Program-made: the position numbers and the translations under genes | Part shown: one piece after another, positions 35,892-45,253 of the stretch | Layout of the letters: every line of letters starts with the position of its first letter | How positions within the stretch are numbered: position 1 is the stretch's first letter | The notes under the pieces: model-generated | Told to the model about the DNA's origin: nothing | Seen by the model: the letters and a program-made list of their open reading frames with translations, nothing else | The model's database searches: none | Assembly: GCA_039931435.1 (NCBI GenBank) | Contig: JBDTRY010000002.1 | Location: 1 to 63,788 of the forward strand | Direction: 5' to 3' | DNA from: Acidobacteriota bacterium | GTDB taxonomy: Bacteria; Acidobacteriota; Thermoanaerobaculia; Gp7-AA8 | DNA length: 63,788 bases

Positions 35892-37307
35892 ATGAGCAAT
35901 TCGAAAGAGAACGCCGAACCGTCATTTGCGGAGGCGTTCGAATCCAGCCTGAACTTCAAGACTCCGGAGCAGGGGGAAGTACTCTCCGGAACGATCATCT
36001 CCATTTCCGGAGATGATGCCTTCGTCACTTACGGGGGCCCATCGGAGGCGGTCATGGCCACCGCGGAGCTGGAGGAAAAGACAGTCGGCGACACGATCGA
36101 AGGCATCGTCGTGGCCATCTCGCCGCAGATGCGCATCTCGCGCAAACTCCTCGCCGGCCGCGCATCCCTGCAGGCCCTGCGACAGGCCTTCCAGAACGAG
36201 ATTCCGGTCGAGGGAAAGATCAGCAGCCGCAACAAGGGCGGCTTTGACGTGAACGTCAGCGGCAGCCGGGCTTTCTGCCCGCTGTCCCAGATTGATCTCG
36301 GAAAGATCGACAATGCCGACGCCTACATCGGCAAGACCTACGACTTCAAGATCATCGAATTTTCGGACGATGGACGCAAGCTGGTCGTTTCCCGGTCTGC
36401 GATTCTTCGCCAGAACGCCGCCGAGCGGGCCGAAGAGACCCGCCGCACTCTCGTTCCGGGTGCCGTTCTCACCGGAACGGTCCGCTCCATCATGCCCTTC
36501 GGCGCCTTCGTCGACCTCGGGGGAGTGGACGGACTCGTTCACGTGTCCGAGCTCAGCCGCCGGCGCGTCAACGACCCGAACGAGGTCGTGAAGAGTGGCG
36601 ATCAGGTCACCGTGAAGGTGTTGAAGATTGATCAGGGTGGCAAGCGGATTTCCCTCTCCATGAAGGAACTTGAGCAGGATCCCTGGGAAGACATCGCCGG
36701 CCGGTACCCGGCTGGAGCGCAGTTCACCGGCCAGGTTGCCCGTGCTACGGACTTCGGACTCTTCGTCGAGCTCGAGCCCGGAATCGACGGCCTCGTGCAT
36801 GTATCGCAACTTCCCATCGGCACGAAAGCCACCGACGAATCGCTGGCGGTAGGGTCGACGATTACAGGCTGGGTGCGGGAAGTGGACCCGGAGCGTCGGC
36901 GCATCTCCCTGGCCATGCGCGAAGTGGCCACGAACGATCCATGGGAAGATATTGAGACCCGCTATCCCGCTGGAACGGTAGTCAAGGGTACGGTCGAGCG
37001 TGCCGGTCAGCCAGGAGTGTTCGTGCAACTCGAGCCCGGACTGACTGGATTGATTCCCGTCTCCGAGCTGAACATACCTTCAGGCAGCGACCCGGCCAAG
37101 GCCCATCCGGTGGGCGAGGACATTCCCGTGAAGGTGCTCTCGGTGGATCGTGAGCGTCGCCGCATTGCCCTCAGCCATGAAGGCGCCAAAGCGGCGGCCG
37201 AGCGCGGCGAATACCTCGAGTACGTTCAGGACGGGAAGACTGACGCCCAGGCCGGCAAGAGCGCCATGGCCATCGCCTTCGAAAAGGCCCTCGGAAACAA
37301 GGACTGA
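35892..37307 (+). CDS. rpsA: 30S ribosomal protein S1 (five S1 domains)
   Basis: The N-terminus SFAEAFESSLNFKTPEQGEVLSGTII parallels E. coli RpsA SFAQLFEESL...GSIVRGVV. Five S1 units follow (e.g. GAVLTGTVRSIMPFGAFVDLGGVDGLVHVSEL). Confidence 0.75.
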   Translation: MSNSKENAEPSFAEAFESSLNFKTPEQGEVLSGTIISISGDDAFVTYGGPSEAVMATAELEEKTVGDTIEGIVVAISPQMRISRKLLAGRASLQALRQAFQNEIPVEGKISSRNKGGFDVNVSGSRAFCPLSQIDLGKIDNADAYIGKTYDFKIIEFSDDGRKLVVSRSAILRQNAAERAEETRRTLVPGAVLTGTVRSIMPFGAFVDLGGVDGLVHVSELSRRRVNDPNEVVKSGDQVTVKVLKIDQGGKRISLSMKELEQDPWEDIAGRYPAGAQFTGQVARATDFGLFVELEPGIDGLVHVSQLPIGTKATDESLAVGSTITGWVREVDPERRRISLAMREVATNDPWEDIETRYPAGTVVKGTVERAGQPGVFVQLEPGLTGLIPVSELNIPSGSDPAKAHPVGEDIPVKVLSVDRERRRIALSHEGAKAAAERGEYLEYVQDGKTDAQAGKSAMAIAFEKALGNKD

Positions 37308-37341
37308 TGCACGACGGCGGTCGGTGCCGGAGTTTCTCAAG

Positions 37342-37424
37342 GCGACCGGGAAGTAGAAGAGACCCTTCGCTCGACGCTTGGGGATGACATGCCGGCCATA
37401 GAGTTTCTTCACTCTGGTTCAACG
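37342..37424 (+). repeat. Dispersed intergenic repeat, degenerate composite copy
   Basis: gcgaccgggaagtagaagagacccttcgctcgacgcttggggatgacatgccggccatagagtttcttcactctggttcaacg. The tail gtttcttcactctgRttcaRcg recurs at 37651-37672, and gatgacaKccggccatagWgtttc also occurs at 78-100. Confidence 0.7.
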
Positions 37425-37512
37425 CCCGCGCTGTGCCCTCGCTTGTAAGAAACTCACATGGCGTCCTGTGAGGTCGGCTCTTGAGATTTACCAAGCGATG
37501 CTTCGCCAACGG

Positions 37513-37615
37513 GTCATTCCGAGCGTGAGCGAGGAAGACCAGAGGGGCGGGTGGTACGCGCTTCATGGATCGTGCCCCCCGGCCACTGGGGTCCCTCGCT
37601 CGCGCTCGGGATGAC
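37513..37615. repeat. Long imperfect inverted repeat formed by two opposed module C copies
   Basis: GTCATTCCGAGCGTGAGCGAGGAAG (37513-37537) against TCCCTCGCTCGCGCTCGGGATGAC (37592-37615). 21 of 24 positions are complementary, and two of the three mismatches are G-U compatible in RNA. The loop is 54 nt. Confidence 0.7.
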
Positions 37616-37816
37616 AAATTTGCTGCGCTCGCGGATGAAAATTCATGCAGCGTTTCTTCACTCTGATTCAGCGGCTTCGCTCTTAGTCCGCTCAGGATGA
37701 CAGCTCGCAGGCTTCGAGCCGAGTCAGTTTCGGAGTCGCTGCCCTTACACCCCCACGCATCTGCGAATTCGCCCGGGCACCGATCGTGTAACTCTCTGTG
37801 GTCCGGAGGACTTGCC

Positions 37817-38050
37817 ATGGACAAACCGTATGAACCTGTATCCTGCGATTACCACGATGAGCTCGAGGCAGCGGCCATGCACAAGCAGGAGGTCGAGCTC
37901 GAGTTCGACGCCCAGGGTGTGCGTCAGCGGCAACGCGTTCGCGTCGCGGACGTCTTCACGCGCGACGGAGGCGAGTTCGTGAAACTGGAGAGCGACAACG
38001 GGCAAATGGAGCTTCGTCTCGACGAAATCGTGTCCATGCGTACGTTCTAA
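37817..38050 (+). CDS. rof: Rof/YaeO-family Rho-binding antiterminator
   Basis: Start moved to ATG 37817 (GGAGGA 6 nt upstream). MDKPYEPVSCDYHDELEAAAMHKQEVELEF...ELRLDEIVSM parallels E. coli Rof YQPINCDDYDNLELACQHHLMLTLEL...ELRLDKITSF. Confidence 0.75.
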   Translation: MDKPYEPVSCDYHDELEAAAMHKQEVELEFDAQGVRQRQRVRVADVFTRDGGEFVKLESDNGQMELRLDEIVSMRTF

Positions 38051-38140
38051 TCCGCTCTGATTCCTGCCCGTACAGTCACGGAATGGGCACCTTCCACGAG
38101 CCGCAGTCTGGCGTACAATGATTCGGAGACGCTGACAGAG

Positions 38141-38878
38141 ATGCCGAAGCCTCTTTTTTATGCAGGAGTGGTCGTTTGCGCGCTGCTCGCACTGTGTAGT
38201 GCCAGCCAGTTTGCGCACGCCGTGCCGCTGAATGCGATCATTACCGACACGTTTTCGCCTGCCGCGGGCACAGGCAACGCTTTCCTGCTCCTGCTCATCG
38301 TCTTTCTCCTCTTGCCCGTGGCGGCGATCTTTCTACGGATGGCGACGTTGCTCGCAGCCAGGAATCTGTTCGGCGCCATATTTGCCACGTTCTCGATCGC
38401 CTGTACCGCGGCATCGTTCACTCTCGTAGCGACGGTGCACCTTCGCCTGCTCTATCTGCTGCGGGCCGGCTCCGGCTCCGTGATGGCGCCGCTTCGCGAG
38501 ACCGAGCTTGCCGGGTACTACGCTTTTGGCTGGTTTCTGTCGGTCACGCTGCTCTCATTGCGTCCCTACTTCAAGTTCCAGGCGAGCCGCGTTCTCACCG
38601 TTCTGTTGTGCCTGCCACTTCCGGTCTTTGCCTGGTTCATGGCGGGCGATCTACGGCTCTTCGCGCCCGGGGCGTCGTTACCGTCGCTCGGTACAGCTTC
38701 GCTGATCTACTGGGTTTTGCTTTCCACTCTATTCTTCGCAATCTCGGGGCATTGCCTGCGGCACAGACACATGTTTATCGAGATCACGAATCTCCGGCAA
38801 CTCCTCGACTCGCCGCTCGACCCGGCCCACACGCCGCCGCGGCGCCTCTCGTACGGTGGGATCGCCTTCGACAGCTGA
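38141..38878 (+). CDS. Hypothetical polytopic membrane protein
   Basis: 245 aa with about 6 hydrophobic segments. No family recognised. Confidence 0.6.
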   Translation: MPKPLFYAGVVVCALLALCSASQFAHAVPLNAIITDTFSPAAGTGNAFLLLLIVFLLLPVAAIFLRMATLLAARNLFGAIFATFSIACTAASFTLVATVHLRLLYLLRAGSGSVMAPLRETELAGYYAFGWFLSVTLLSLRPYFKFQASRVLTVLLCLPLPVFAWFMAGDLRLFAPGASLPSLGTASLIYWVLLSTLFFAISGHCLRHRHMFIEITNLRQLLDSPLDPAHTPPRRLSYGGIAFDS

Positions 38879-39010
38879 ACTCTGTTCTGGCGGCCCGGCT
38901 CAGGTCATCCAGGGTGAGAGTTTCGAGGGCAGTCCGATTTCGCCGTATGACCCGAGCCTATATGATCTGCGTCACGCTCCCACGGAGCAGACGCAAAGGA
39001 AAATGACTCC

Positions 39011-39787
39011 ATGACCCAGGAAGCACCGTTTCGCATCGAAGTAGGGCAACGAAGTGACGTAGGCAGAGTTCGCGCCGAAAACCAGGATTCTGCAACCTCC
39101 AGTTATGCCATCCCCGTAATGCCTCTGGCCAGCAAGGGCCGGCTGCTCGTGGTCGCTGACGGAATGGGAGGGCAGAGCGGGGGAGCGACGGCATCCCGGC
39201 TGGCGACCGCTACCGTGAAGGATTCCTATTACTTCGGAGCAACTCAGGACCTTGGTGAATCCCTTCGCGCGGCCATTGCCAGCGCCAACCAGAAGATCAA
39301 TTCCGAGGCGTCGGCCGACCAGAGCCTCGAGGGCATGGGCAGCACCTGCTCCGCTCTGGTGATCAAGGGCCGTGAGGCATTCTTTGGCCACGTCGGAGAC
39401 TCGAGGATCTATCGTGTGCGCGACGGCCAGATCGAGCAGCTCACCGAAGACCATTCGGTCGTGGCCACGCTACTGAAGAGCGGACTGATTACCACCGAGC
39501 AGGCCGCGAAACATCCCGCGCGGAATCAACTGATGCGCGCCATCGGGCCGCTTCCCCTGGTGGATATCGACATCAGCCCTCCGTTCCCGATCCGGGAGGG
39601 GGATGTCTTCATTCTTTGCAGCGACGGTCTCCATGGAGTAGTAACGTCCGAAGAGATCCGCGACATCGGCCGCGCCTCCGCGCCCCAGGGTGCGGTGGAC
39701 CAGCTCGTGGACCTGGCTCTCTCCCGCGGCGCACCGGACAACGTCACCGTGATCGTGGCCCGCATCGAAGCGCCTGCTCCGCAGTAG
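39011..39787 (+). CDS. PP2C-family Ser/Thr protein phosphatase
   Basis: RVRAENQDS, VVADGMGGQSGG, LCSDGLHGVV and DNVTVIVARI motifs. Confidence 0.9.
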   Translation: MTQEAPFRIEVGQRSDVGRVRAENQDSATSSYAIPVMPLASKGRLLVVADGMGGQSGGATASRLATATVKDSYYFGATQDLGESLRAAIASANQKINSEASADQSLEGMGSTCSALVIKGREAFFGHVGDSRIYRVRDGQIEQLTEDHSVVATLLKSGLITTEQAAKHPARNQLMRAIGPLPLVDIDISPPFPIREGDVFILCSDGLHGVVTSEEIRDIGRASAPQGAVDQLVDLALSRGAPDNVTVIVARIEAPAPQ

Positions 39788-39919
39788 TGGCGTTTCTCGC
39801 TCGCCGCATCCTCTTCTGAGCCCTCTGAAGACTCGGGTTTCTCATCGGGGCGTCCTTGTCCGAGCGCAGTCCTCTCTGTCCTGATAAAATCCGGAAAGAT
39901 TTCGGAGTTCTCCAGATCG

Positions 39920-42900
39920 ATGTCCTTCGTTCACCTTCATCTACATACTCAATACTCGCTGCTGGACGGCGCGAACCGGCCGGAAGATCTCGCCGCTACC
40001 GCCGAGCGGATGGGAATGCCGGCCTGCGCCATCACCGATCACGGCAACATGTTCGGTGCGGTCGAGTTCTACAACGCCATGAAGAGCCATGGCGTGAAGC
40101 CCATCATCGGTTGCGAGATGTACATGGCCCTCGGATCTCGCTTCGATAAGGCCGGAGTGGAAGATCAGTCCGCCGATGCCGGATCGAACAATCACCTCAT
40201 TGTCCTGGCCACGAACGATGCCGGGTACCGCAATCTCGTCAAGCTGGTCAGCGCCGGGTATACCGAAGGGTTCTATTACAAGCCGCGCATCGATCGTGAA
40301 CTGCTCCGAGAGCACCGGGAAGGGCTGATCTGCCTCTCCTCCTGCCTGAAGGGCGAAGTGTCGCAGGCGCTGGCCAATGGAAATGTGGAGAAAGCTCGCG
40401 CCGCCGCTCTGGCTTACAGAGAGATTCTAGGCCCGGAAAACTTCTTTCTCGAGATTCAGGACCACGGCATCCCGGACCAGCAGAGAATCATCGAGCCCAT
40501 GGCCAGACTGGGCGCCGAAACCGGGCTGGAGCTGGTGGCCACGAACGATTCGCATTACCTGAACAAGGACGATTCCTTCGCGCACGAAGTTCTGCTGGCC
40601 ATCGGCACAGGCAAGACCCTCGACGACGAGCGGCGCATGAAGTTCTTTTCAAGCGAGTTCTACGTGAAGAGCCCCGAGGAAATGGGTCTTGTCTTCCAGA
40701 AATATCCCCGCGCTGTAGCCAATACGCTGGCCATTGCCGAACGGGTGAACCTGAAGCTGGAACCAAAGGGTCATCATCTGCCGAAGTTCCCCCTCCCTCC
40801 GGGCAGCGACACCGTCACCTACTTCGAGATGGTGGCCCGCGAAGGACTGAAGCGCCGCCTGGCGGCCATGGCGCCGCTCTTTGCCCGGGGGCGCAAGAAG
40901 CGGGAAGTCGAGGCCTACCGGGAACGGCTGGAGCAGGAAATCGAGATCATCAAGAACATGGGATTTCCCGGCTACTTCCTCGTAGTCTGGGACTTCATCA
41001 AGTTTGCCAAGGATCACGGGATTCCTGTGGGACCGGGACGCGGTTCGGCGGCAGGGTCGCTGGTGGCCTTCTCCATGGATATCACCAACATCGATCCCCT
41101 GGACTACGACCTACTCTTCGAGCGCTTCCTGAATCCGGAGCGCATCTCCATGCCCGACATCGACATCGACTTCTGCATGAACAATCGCGGGCGGGTCATT
41201 GACTACGTGCGCAACAAGTACGGCTCGGACAGCGTAGCCCAGATCATTACCTTCGGGACGATGGCGGCACGAAGCGTCGTTCGCGATGTAGGCAGGGTTC
41301 TTGGACACCCTTACGCATATGTGGACAAGATCGCAAAGGCCATTCCCTCGGACATCGGTATCGACCTGAAGACCGCGGCCAGGGTCTCGCCGATTCTTGC
41401 TGATGCCATCCAGAGTGACCCCGGGGTGGCGCGCATCGTCGAGATCGGCGCTCGTCTGGAAGGCCTGACACGGCACGCCGGCGTCCATGCCGCGGGTGTG
41501 GTCATCACTCCCGAGCCGGTCAGTAACTATGTTCCACTCTACCGCACGTCGAACGACGAAATCGTTACGCAGTACGACATGCGCATCGTCGAGAAGATGG
41601 GCCTCCTGAAGATGGATTTTCTCGGGCTGCGCACGCTGACGGTGATTGACGATGCCCTGAAGTCCATCAGTGCCCAGGAGCACGAACAGGTGGACATTGA
41701 CGCCGTCAGCCTGGAAGAGCCGGAAGTGTTCCGCCTCTTTCAGGAAGGGCGGACGAAAGGCGTGTTCCAGTTCGAGTCCGGCGGAATGGTGGATCTGCTT
41801 CGCAAAGCGAGGCCGACCCGTTTCGAAGATCTTGCGGCGCTGAATGCGCTCTACCGCCCCGGTGCACTCGACGCGGGCATGGTTGACGAGTACGTGCGTC
41901 GCAAGAACGGAACGTCGAAAGCGAAGTATCTCGTGCCGGTCATGACGCCTATTCTGGAGGAGACGTACGGCGTGATCGTCTACCAGGAGCAGGTCATGCA
42001 GATCGCTCAGGCCGTGGCAGGGTACACGCTCGGCCAGGCGGACCTCCTTCGTAAGGCCATGGGCAAGAAGGACAAGGCCGCCATGGAAAAGGAGCGCGAT
42101 CGCTTCGTGGCTGGAGCCCTGGCCAGGAACTACACGCCGGAAAAAGCGAACGCCATTTTCGATTATATCGAACCCTTCGCCCGCTACGGATTCAACAAGT
42201 CGCACTCTGTGGCCTACGCCCTCGTCGCCTATCAGACGGCATGGCTGAAGGTCCACTATCCCCGTCACTTCATGGCCGCCCTTCTAACCTCGGAAATGGG
42301 CCGGACCGACAATGTGGTCAAGTTCATCAACGAGGCCGCGCAGATCGGGATCGCCCTGCTGCCGCCGGACATCAATGAGTCGAACTTTTCGTTCACCGTG
42401 GTGGGCTCGAACATCCGATTCGGGCTTGGGGCAGTGAAAGGGGTCGGCAGTGGTGCCATCGAATCCATCCTCGCCGCGCGGGCACGGCTGGGACAGTTCA
42501 AGTCCCTGTACGAATTCTGCGAGACGGTCGATCTTCGCGCCTGCAACAAGAAAGTCATCGAGGCTCTGATCAAATCCGGCTGCTTCGACTCGTTCGGATC
42601 TTCGCGGAGATATCTCTGTGAGTCTCTGGAGAGCACGGCTGACTCGGCAGCCAGAACGCGCGAACAGCAGGAGCGCGGTCAGAACTCGCTGTTCTCATTC
42701 GAGGGAACGGCCCCATCAACGGGGCAGTCGGGCCTCGCCGCTGCTGGCGCAGCCCGGCAGGAATGGCCTGACGATGAAAAGCTGCGATTCGAAAAGGAGA
42801 CGCTGGGCTTCTACATCACCGGCCACCCGCTGAACCGTTTCACCGAGGAGCTGAAGATCTTTGCCGGCGCCACGACGGAGTCGCTGGCCCGTCACGTGGA

Positions 42901-44014
42901 CGAGACGGTGAATATCGGCGGGATCGTCAATCAACTGAAGCGATCGAAGATCAAGAAGGGACCGAACGAAGGGCGCTTGATGGCCAAGTTCGTCCTCGAC
43001 GATCAGTTCGGCAGCGTGGACGTAGTCGTATTCAGTGACCTCTACGAAAAGAGCGCGCGCTGGATGGAGAACGGCGTTCCCGTTCTGCTCACGGCCATGG
43101 TCAAGGACACCGGCGGAGTGCAGGGAGGCCGAAGCGCCGCTCTCGCTCAGGCCGAGCAGCAGGCCCGTCACATTCAGGACGAGTACGGCGGCCACCCCGA
43201 AGAGACACCCGCTCCGGCCCTGAGTGCCTTTTCCGTGCGGTCGGAAGATACGAACCTCCGCTTCAGGACCTCGGGTCACGCGGCGCAACGAGCGAAGCCA
43301 GCAGCGCCGACCGATGCCGATGGGAGCACTGACGACGAGCACTCTTTCTATGAAGTCGAAGATCCGGAAGAGGAAAAGACGGAAGCGGACCTCGAACGGG
43401 AACGGATCGGATCGGATGTGGACAAGTTCAACCTTTCTCTCTTCGCTTCGCCTGCGCCCTCGCCCGCCCGGCCCGACAGTTCCGACCGCGAGGACAACGG
43501 CGGGGCAGGCGTGCGTCTCGACGTCTCGCTGCGCGAAGTGGAAAGCCTCGACGAGGTGCGCGCCGCGCTGGCCGTACCCCCGGACGACATCGACGGCGAC
43601 CAGCAGGACGAAGAGTCGAGTGCGGTGCCGGAGATCTCCGACGAGCCGGCGCCCCGCGGCGCGTCTGCCACACTCTCCTACGACGCGCCGGTCACTCCGG
43701 AGCTGAACGCTCTGGAAATTACGCCGCTGATCGGAATCCGCGATCGACGAGTGAAAGTGATTTCCCTGGAAATCCCCTATGCACGCGCCGGTGAGGGATC
43801 CGTGAAACGACTGCGGGAGATCTTCGAGGCCAATCGCGGCGAGATACCCGTCCACGTGAAACTGACCGAGCTTCCCGATCACGTTGCTGCGGCGGCCGGG
43901 GTGGAGGGTGGGGCACTGACGTTGAAGCTGAACCAGCATTTCAGGATTCAGCCCGGCCCGGCTTTCATCGCCGCGATCGAAGAACTGCACGCCAGCCTCC
44001 GCTACTCGTTCTGA
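39920..44014 (+). CDS. dnaE: DNA polymerase III alpha subunit with ~195-aa acidic insertion in the C-terminal region
   Basis: PHP domain SFVHLHLHTQYSLLDGA, pol core PDIDIDF, and HhH and OB regions. The C-terminal end IPVHVKL..LKLNQHFRIQP parallels E. coli IPVHLYY..RLRFGATWRVSP. 1364 aa, against ~1160 aa in typical DnaE. Confidence 0.95.
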   Translation: MSFVHLHLHTQYSLLDGANRPEDLAATAERMGMPACAITDHGNMFGAVEFYNAMKSHGVKPIIGCEMYMALGSRFDKAGVEDQSADAGSNNHLIVLATNDAGYRNLVKLVSAGYTEGFYYKPRIDRELLREHREGLICLSSCLKGEVSQALANGNVEKARAAALAYREILGPENFFLEIQDHGIPDQQRIIEPMARLGAETGLELVATNDSHYLNKDDSFAHEVLLAIGTGKTLDDERRMKFFSSEFYVKSPEEMGLVFQKYPRAVANTLAIAERVNLKLEPKGHHLPKFPLPPGSDTVTYFEMVAREGLKRRLAAMAPLFARGRKKREVEAYRERLEQEIEIIKNMGFPGYFLVVWDFIKFAKDHGIPVGPGRGSAAGSLVAFSMDITNIDPLDYDLLFERFLNPERISMPDIDIDFCMNNRGRVIDYVRNKYGSDSVAQIITFGTMAARSVVRDVGRVLGHPYAYVDKIAKAIPSDIGIDLKTAARVSPILADAIQSDPGVARIVEIGARLEGLTRHAGVHAAGVVITPEPVSNYVPLYRTSNDEIVTQYDMRIVEKMGLLKMDFLGLRTLTVIDDALKSISAQEHEQVDIDAVSLEEPEVFRLFQEGRTKGVFQFESGGMVDLLRKARPTRFEDLAALNALYRPGALDAGMVDEYVRRKNGTSKAKYLVPVMTPILEETYGVIVYQEQVMQIAQAVAGYTLGQADLLRKAMGKKDKAAMEKERDRFVAGALARNYTPEKANAIFDYIEPFARYGFNKSHSVAYALVAYQTAWLKVHYPRHFMAALLTSEMGRTDNVVKFINEAAQIGIALLPPDINESNFSFTVVGSNIRFGLGAVKGVGSGAIESILAARARLGQFKSLYEFCETVDLRACNKKVIEALIKSGCFDSFGSSRRYLCESLESTADSAARTREQQERGQNSLFSFEGTAPSTGQSGLAAAGAARQEWPDDEKLRFEKETLGFYITGHPLNRFTEELKIFAGATTESLARHVDETVNIGGIVNQLKRSKIKKGPNEGRLMAKFVLDDQFGSVDVVVFSDLYEKSARWMENGVPVLLTAMVKDTGGVQGGRSAALAQAEQQARHIQDEYGGHPEETPAPALSAFSVRSEDTNLRFRTSGHAAQRAKPAAPTDADGSTDDEHSFYEVEDPEEEKTEADLERERIGSDVDKFNLSLFASPAPSPARPDSSDREDNGGAGVRLDVSLREVESLDEVRAALAVPPDDIDGDQQDEESSAVPEISDEPAPRGASATLSYDAPVTPELNALEITPLIGIRDRRVKVISLEIPYARAGEGSVKRLREIFEANRGEIPVHVKLTELPDHVAAAAGVEGGALTLKLNQHFRIQPGPAFIAAIEELHASLRYSF

Positions 44015-44076
44015 CCCCGCCCACTCCGGTCAACGCTGATTCCCGATCGCTTATACTTCGCTCCAGCCTGCAATCG

Positions 44077-44598
44077 ATGGAGGATTCCGTGCGCCGACTG
44101 TTCACTCTGACCGTCATCCTGTGCTGTGCTGCATTTTCCCTGAGTGCCGAGGAGAAGGAGCAGACGCTGTCATCGCCGGACGGGAAGACGCAGGTCTCCG
44201 TCCCCGCGTCCTGGGTGGTCATGGATCTGAACAAAGCCGCGGAGATCCAGGCGGGCCACGAGGGGCAGGGTTGTTTTCTGATCGTGCTGAACGAAACCAA
44301 GGAAGATCTCTACGGGTGGAACATCGAGAAGCATTCCCGCGTGACGCTGGCCTCGCTGCTATCCAAGCTGGCCTTTCCGACGATCACCGGACCGAAATCG
44401 CTGAAGATCAACGGCAACCCGGCGGTGCAGTACGAGGTAAAAGGGGCCACCGACAACATCAACATCATTTACCTCCACACCACCGTCGATGGGAAGTCGT
44501 TCTTCAGTCAGATTCTGGGCTGGAGTGTTCCTTCTCAGGCCGAAAGGTGTCGTCCGGAACTCAACCGCGCCATCGCCAGCTTTCGGGAAACTTCATGA
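44077..44598 (+). CDS. Hypothetical secreted protein
   Basis: 173 aa with signal-like LFTLTVILCCAAFSLSA. No family recognised. Confidence 0.6.
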   Translation: MEDSVRRLFTLTVILCCAAFSLSAEEKEQTLSSPDGKTQVSVPASWVVMDLNKAAEIQAGHEGQGCFLIVLNETKEDLYGWNIEKHSRVTLASLLSKLAFPTITGPKSLKINGNPAVQYEVKGATDNINIIYLHTTVDGKSFFSQILGWSVPSQAERCRPELNRAIASFRETS

Positions 44599-44635
44599 TC
44601 CATTCGTTCGGTGCGCCAGGTGTGAATCCGAGCGC

Positions 44636-45163
44636 ATGTACAATCGCCGCATGCGAAGCGACCTGAAACGGATTGAGCGCCAGCTCGAACAGATCCTCTC
44701 ACTGACCGAACGCTCCGATACGGACCTGAACATTCCTCGGGAGAGCGTCTCTGCCTGGTCCCCGGCCGAGCATCTCGACCACAGTCTCAAGGTGTGCAGT
44801 GGAATCCTGGAGAGTGTGATCACGGCCGAGCCGGTCAAGTCCCGTCCGATCACGCTGGTGGGGCGCATCGTCCTGTTCATCGGAGTGATTCCGCGTGGAC
44901 GGGGACGCGCACCGGAACGATACACACCGGTCCGCGCGTCCGGCGAAGAGATCCGGCACTCGGCGGGCGTGGTCGGCGAACTGGTCAGACGCGCCGCGGG
45001 CTCCCCGCTGGGCGCCTCGCGCGCTCCGGTGGTGCGGCATCCCGTCTTCGGGGGACTGAGCGTGGGCCAGACACTGCGATTCGCGGAGATCCACACGGCC
45101 CATCACATGAAAATTGTCAGGGACATTTTGCGTACGCCGGCGGGGCCGGCCGGAGCGAGATGA
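44636..45163 (+). CDS. DinB-superfamily / DUF1569-like protein
   Basis: Start moved to ATG 44636 (44651 also possible). WSPAEHLDH...LRFAEIHTAHHMKIV is a DinB-like four-helix His pattern. Confidence 0.6.
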   Translation: MYNRRMRSDLKRIERQLEQILSLTERSDTDLNIPRESVSAWSPAEHLDHSLKVCSGILESVITAEPVKSRPITLVGRIVLFIGVIPRGRGRAPERYTPVRASGEEIRHSAGVVGELVRRAAGSPLGASRAPVVRHPVFGGLSVGQTLRFAEIHTAHHMKIVRDILRTPAGPAGAR

Positions 45164-45209
45164 ATTTAGAATTTCGGATGAAGCATTCAGAAGATCAGAG
45201 AGATGGGGC
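45152..45209 (+). repeat. 57-bp direct repeat, copy 1
   Basis: GGAGCGAGATGAATTTAGAATTTCGGATGAAGCATTCAGAAGATCAGAGAGATGGGGC, about 88-90% identical to 48166-48221. It overlaps the stop codon of the DinB-like gene. Confidence 0.85.
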
Positions 45210-45253
45210 CCGCGAAGGAAGGCTACGACGATTCACGCCACCGGCGTTGCCCC

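Noticed and set aside
37171-37824. 217-aa minus-strand ORF spanning the rpsA-rof intergenic region.
   Set aside because: It is built almost entirely from the dispersed repeat modules and overlaps the rpsA 3' end. Similar repeat-derived ORFs (96-338, 1134-1639, 20939-21353) are rejected for the same reason.
41111-43990. 385-aa and 424-aa minus-strand ORFs antisense to dnaE.
   Set aside because: These are GC-shadow ORFs inside an unambiguous dnaE reading frame, with no motifs. The same reasoning applies to 16377-17393, 35922-37028, 22583-23554, 24816-25814, 31544-32572, 54877-55683 (minus strand) and to 48897-49940, 50016-51026, 59243-60199 (plus strand).
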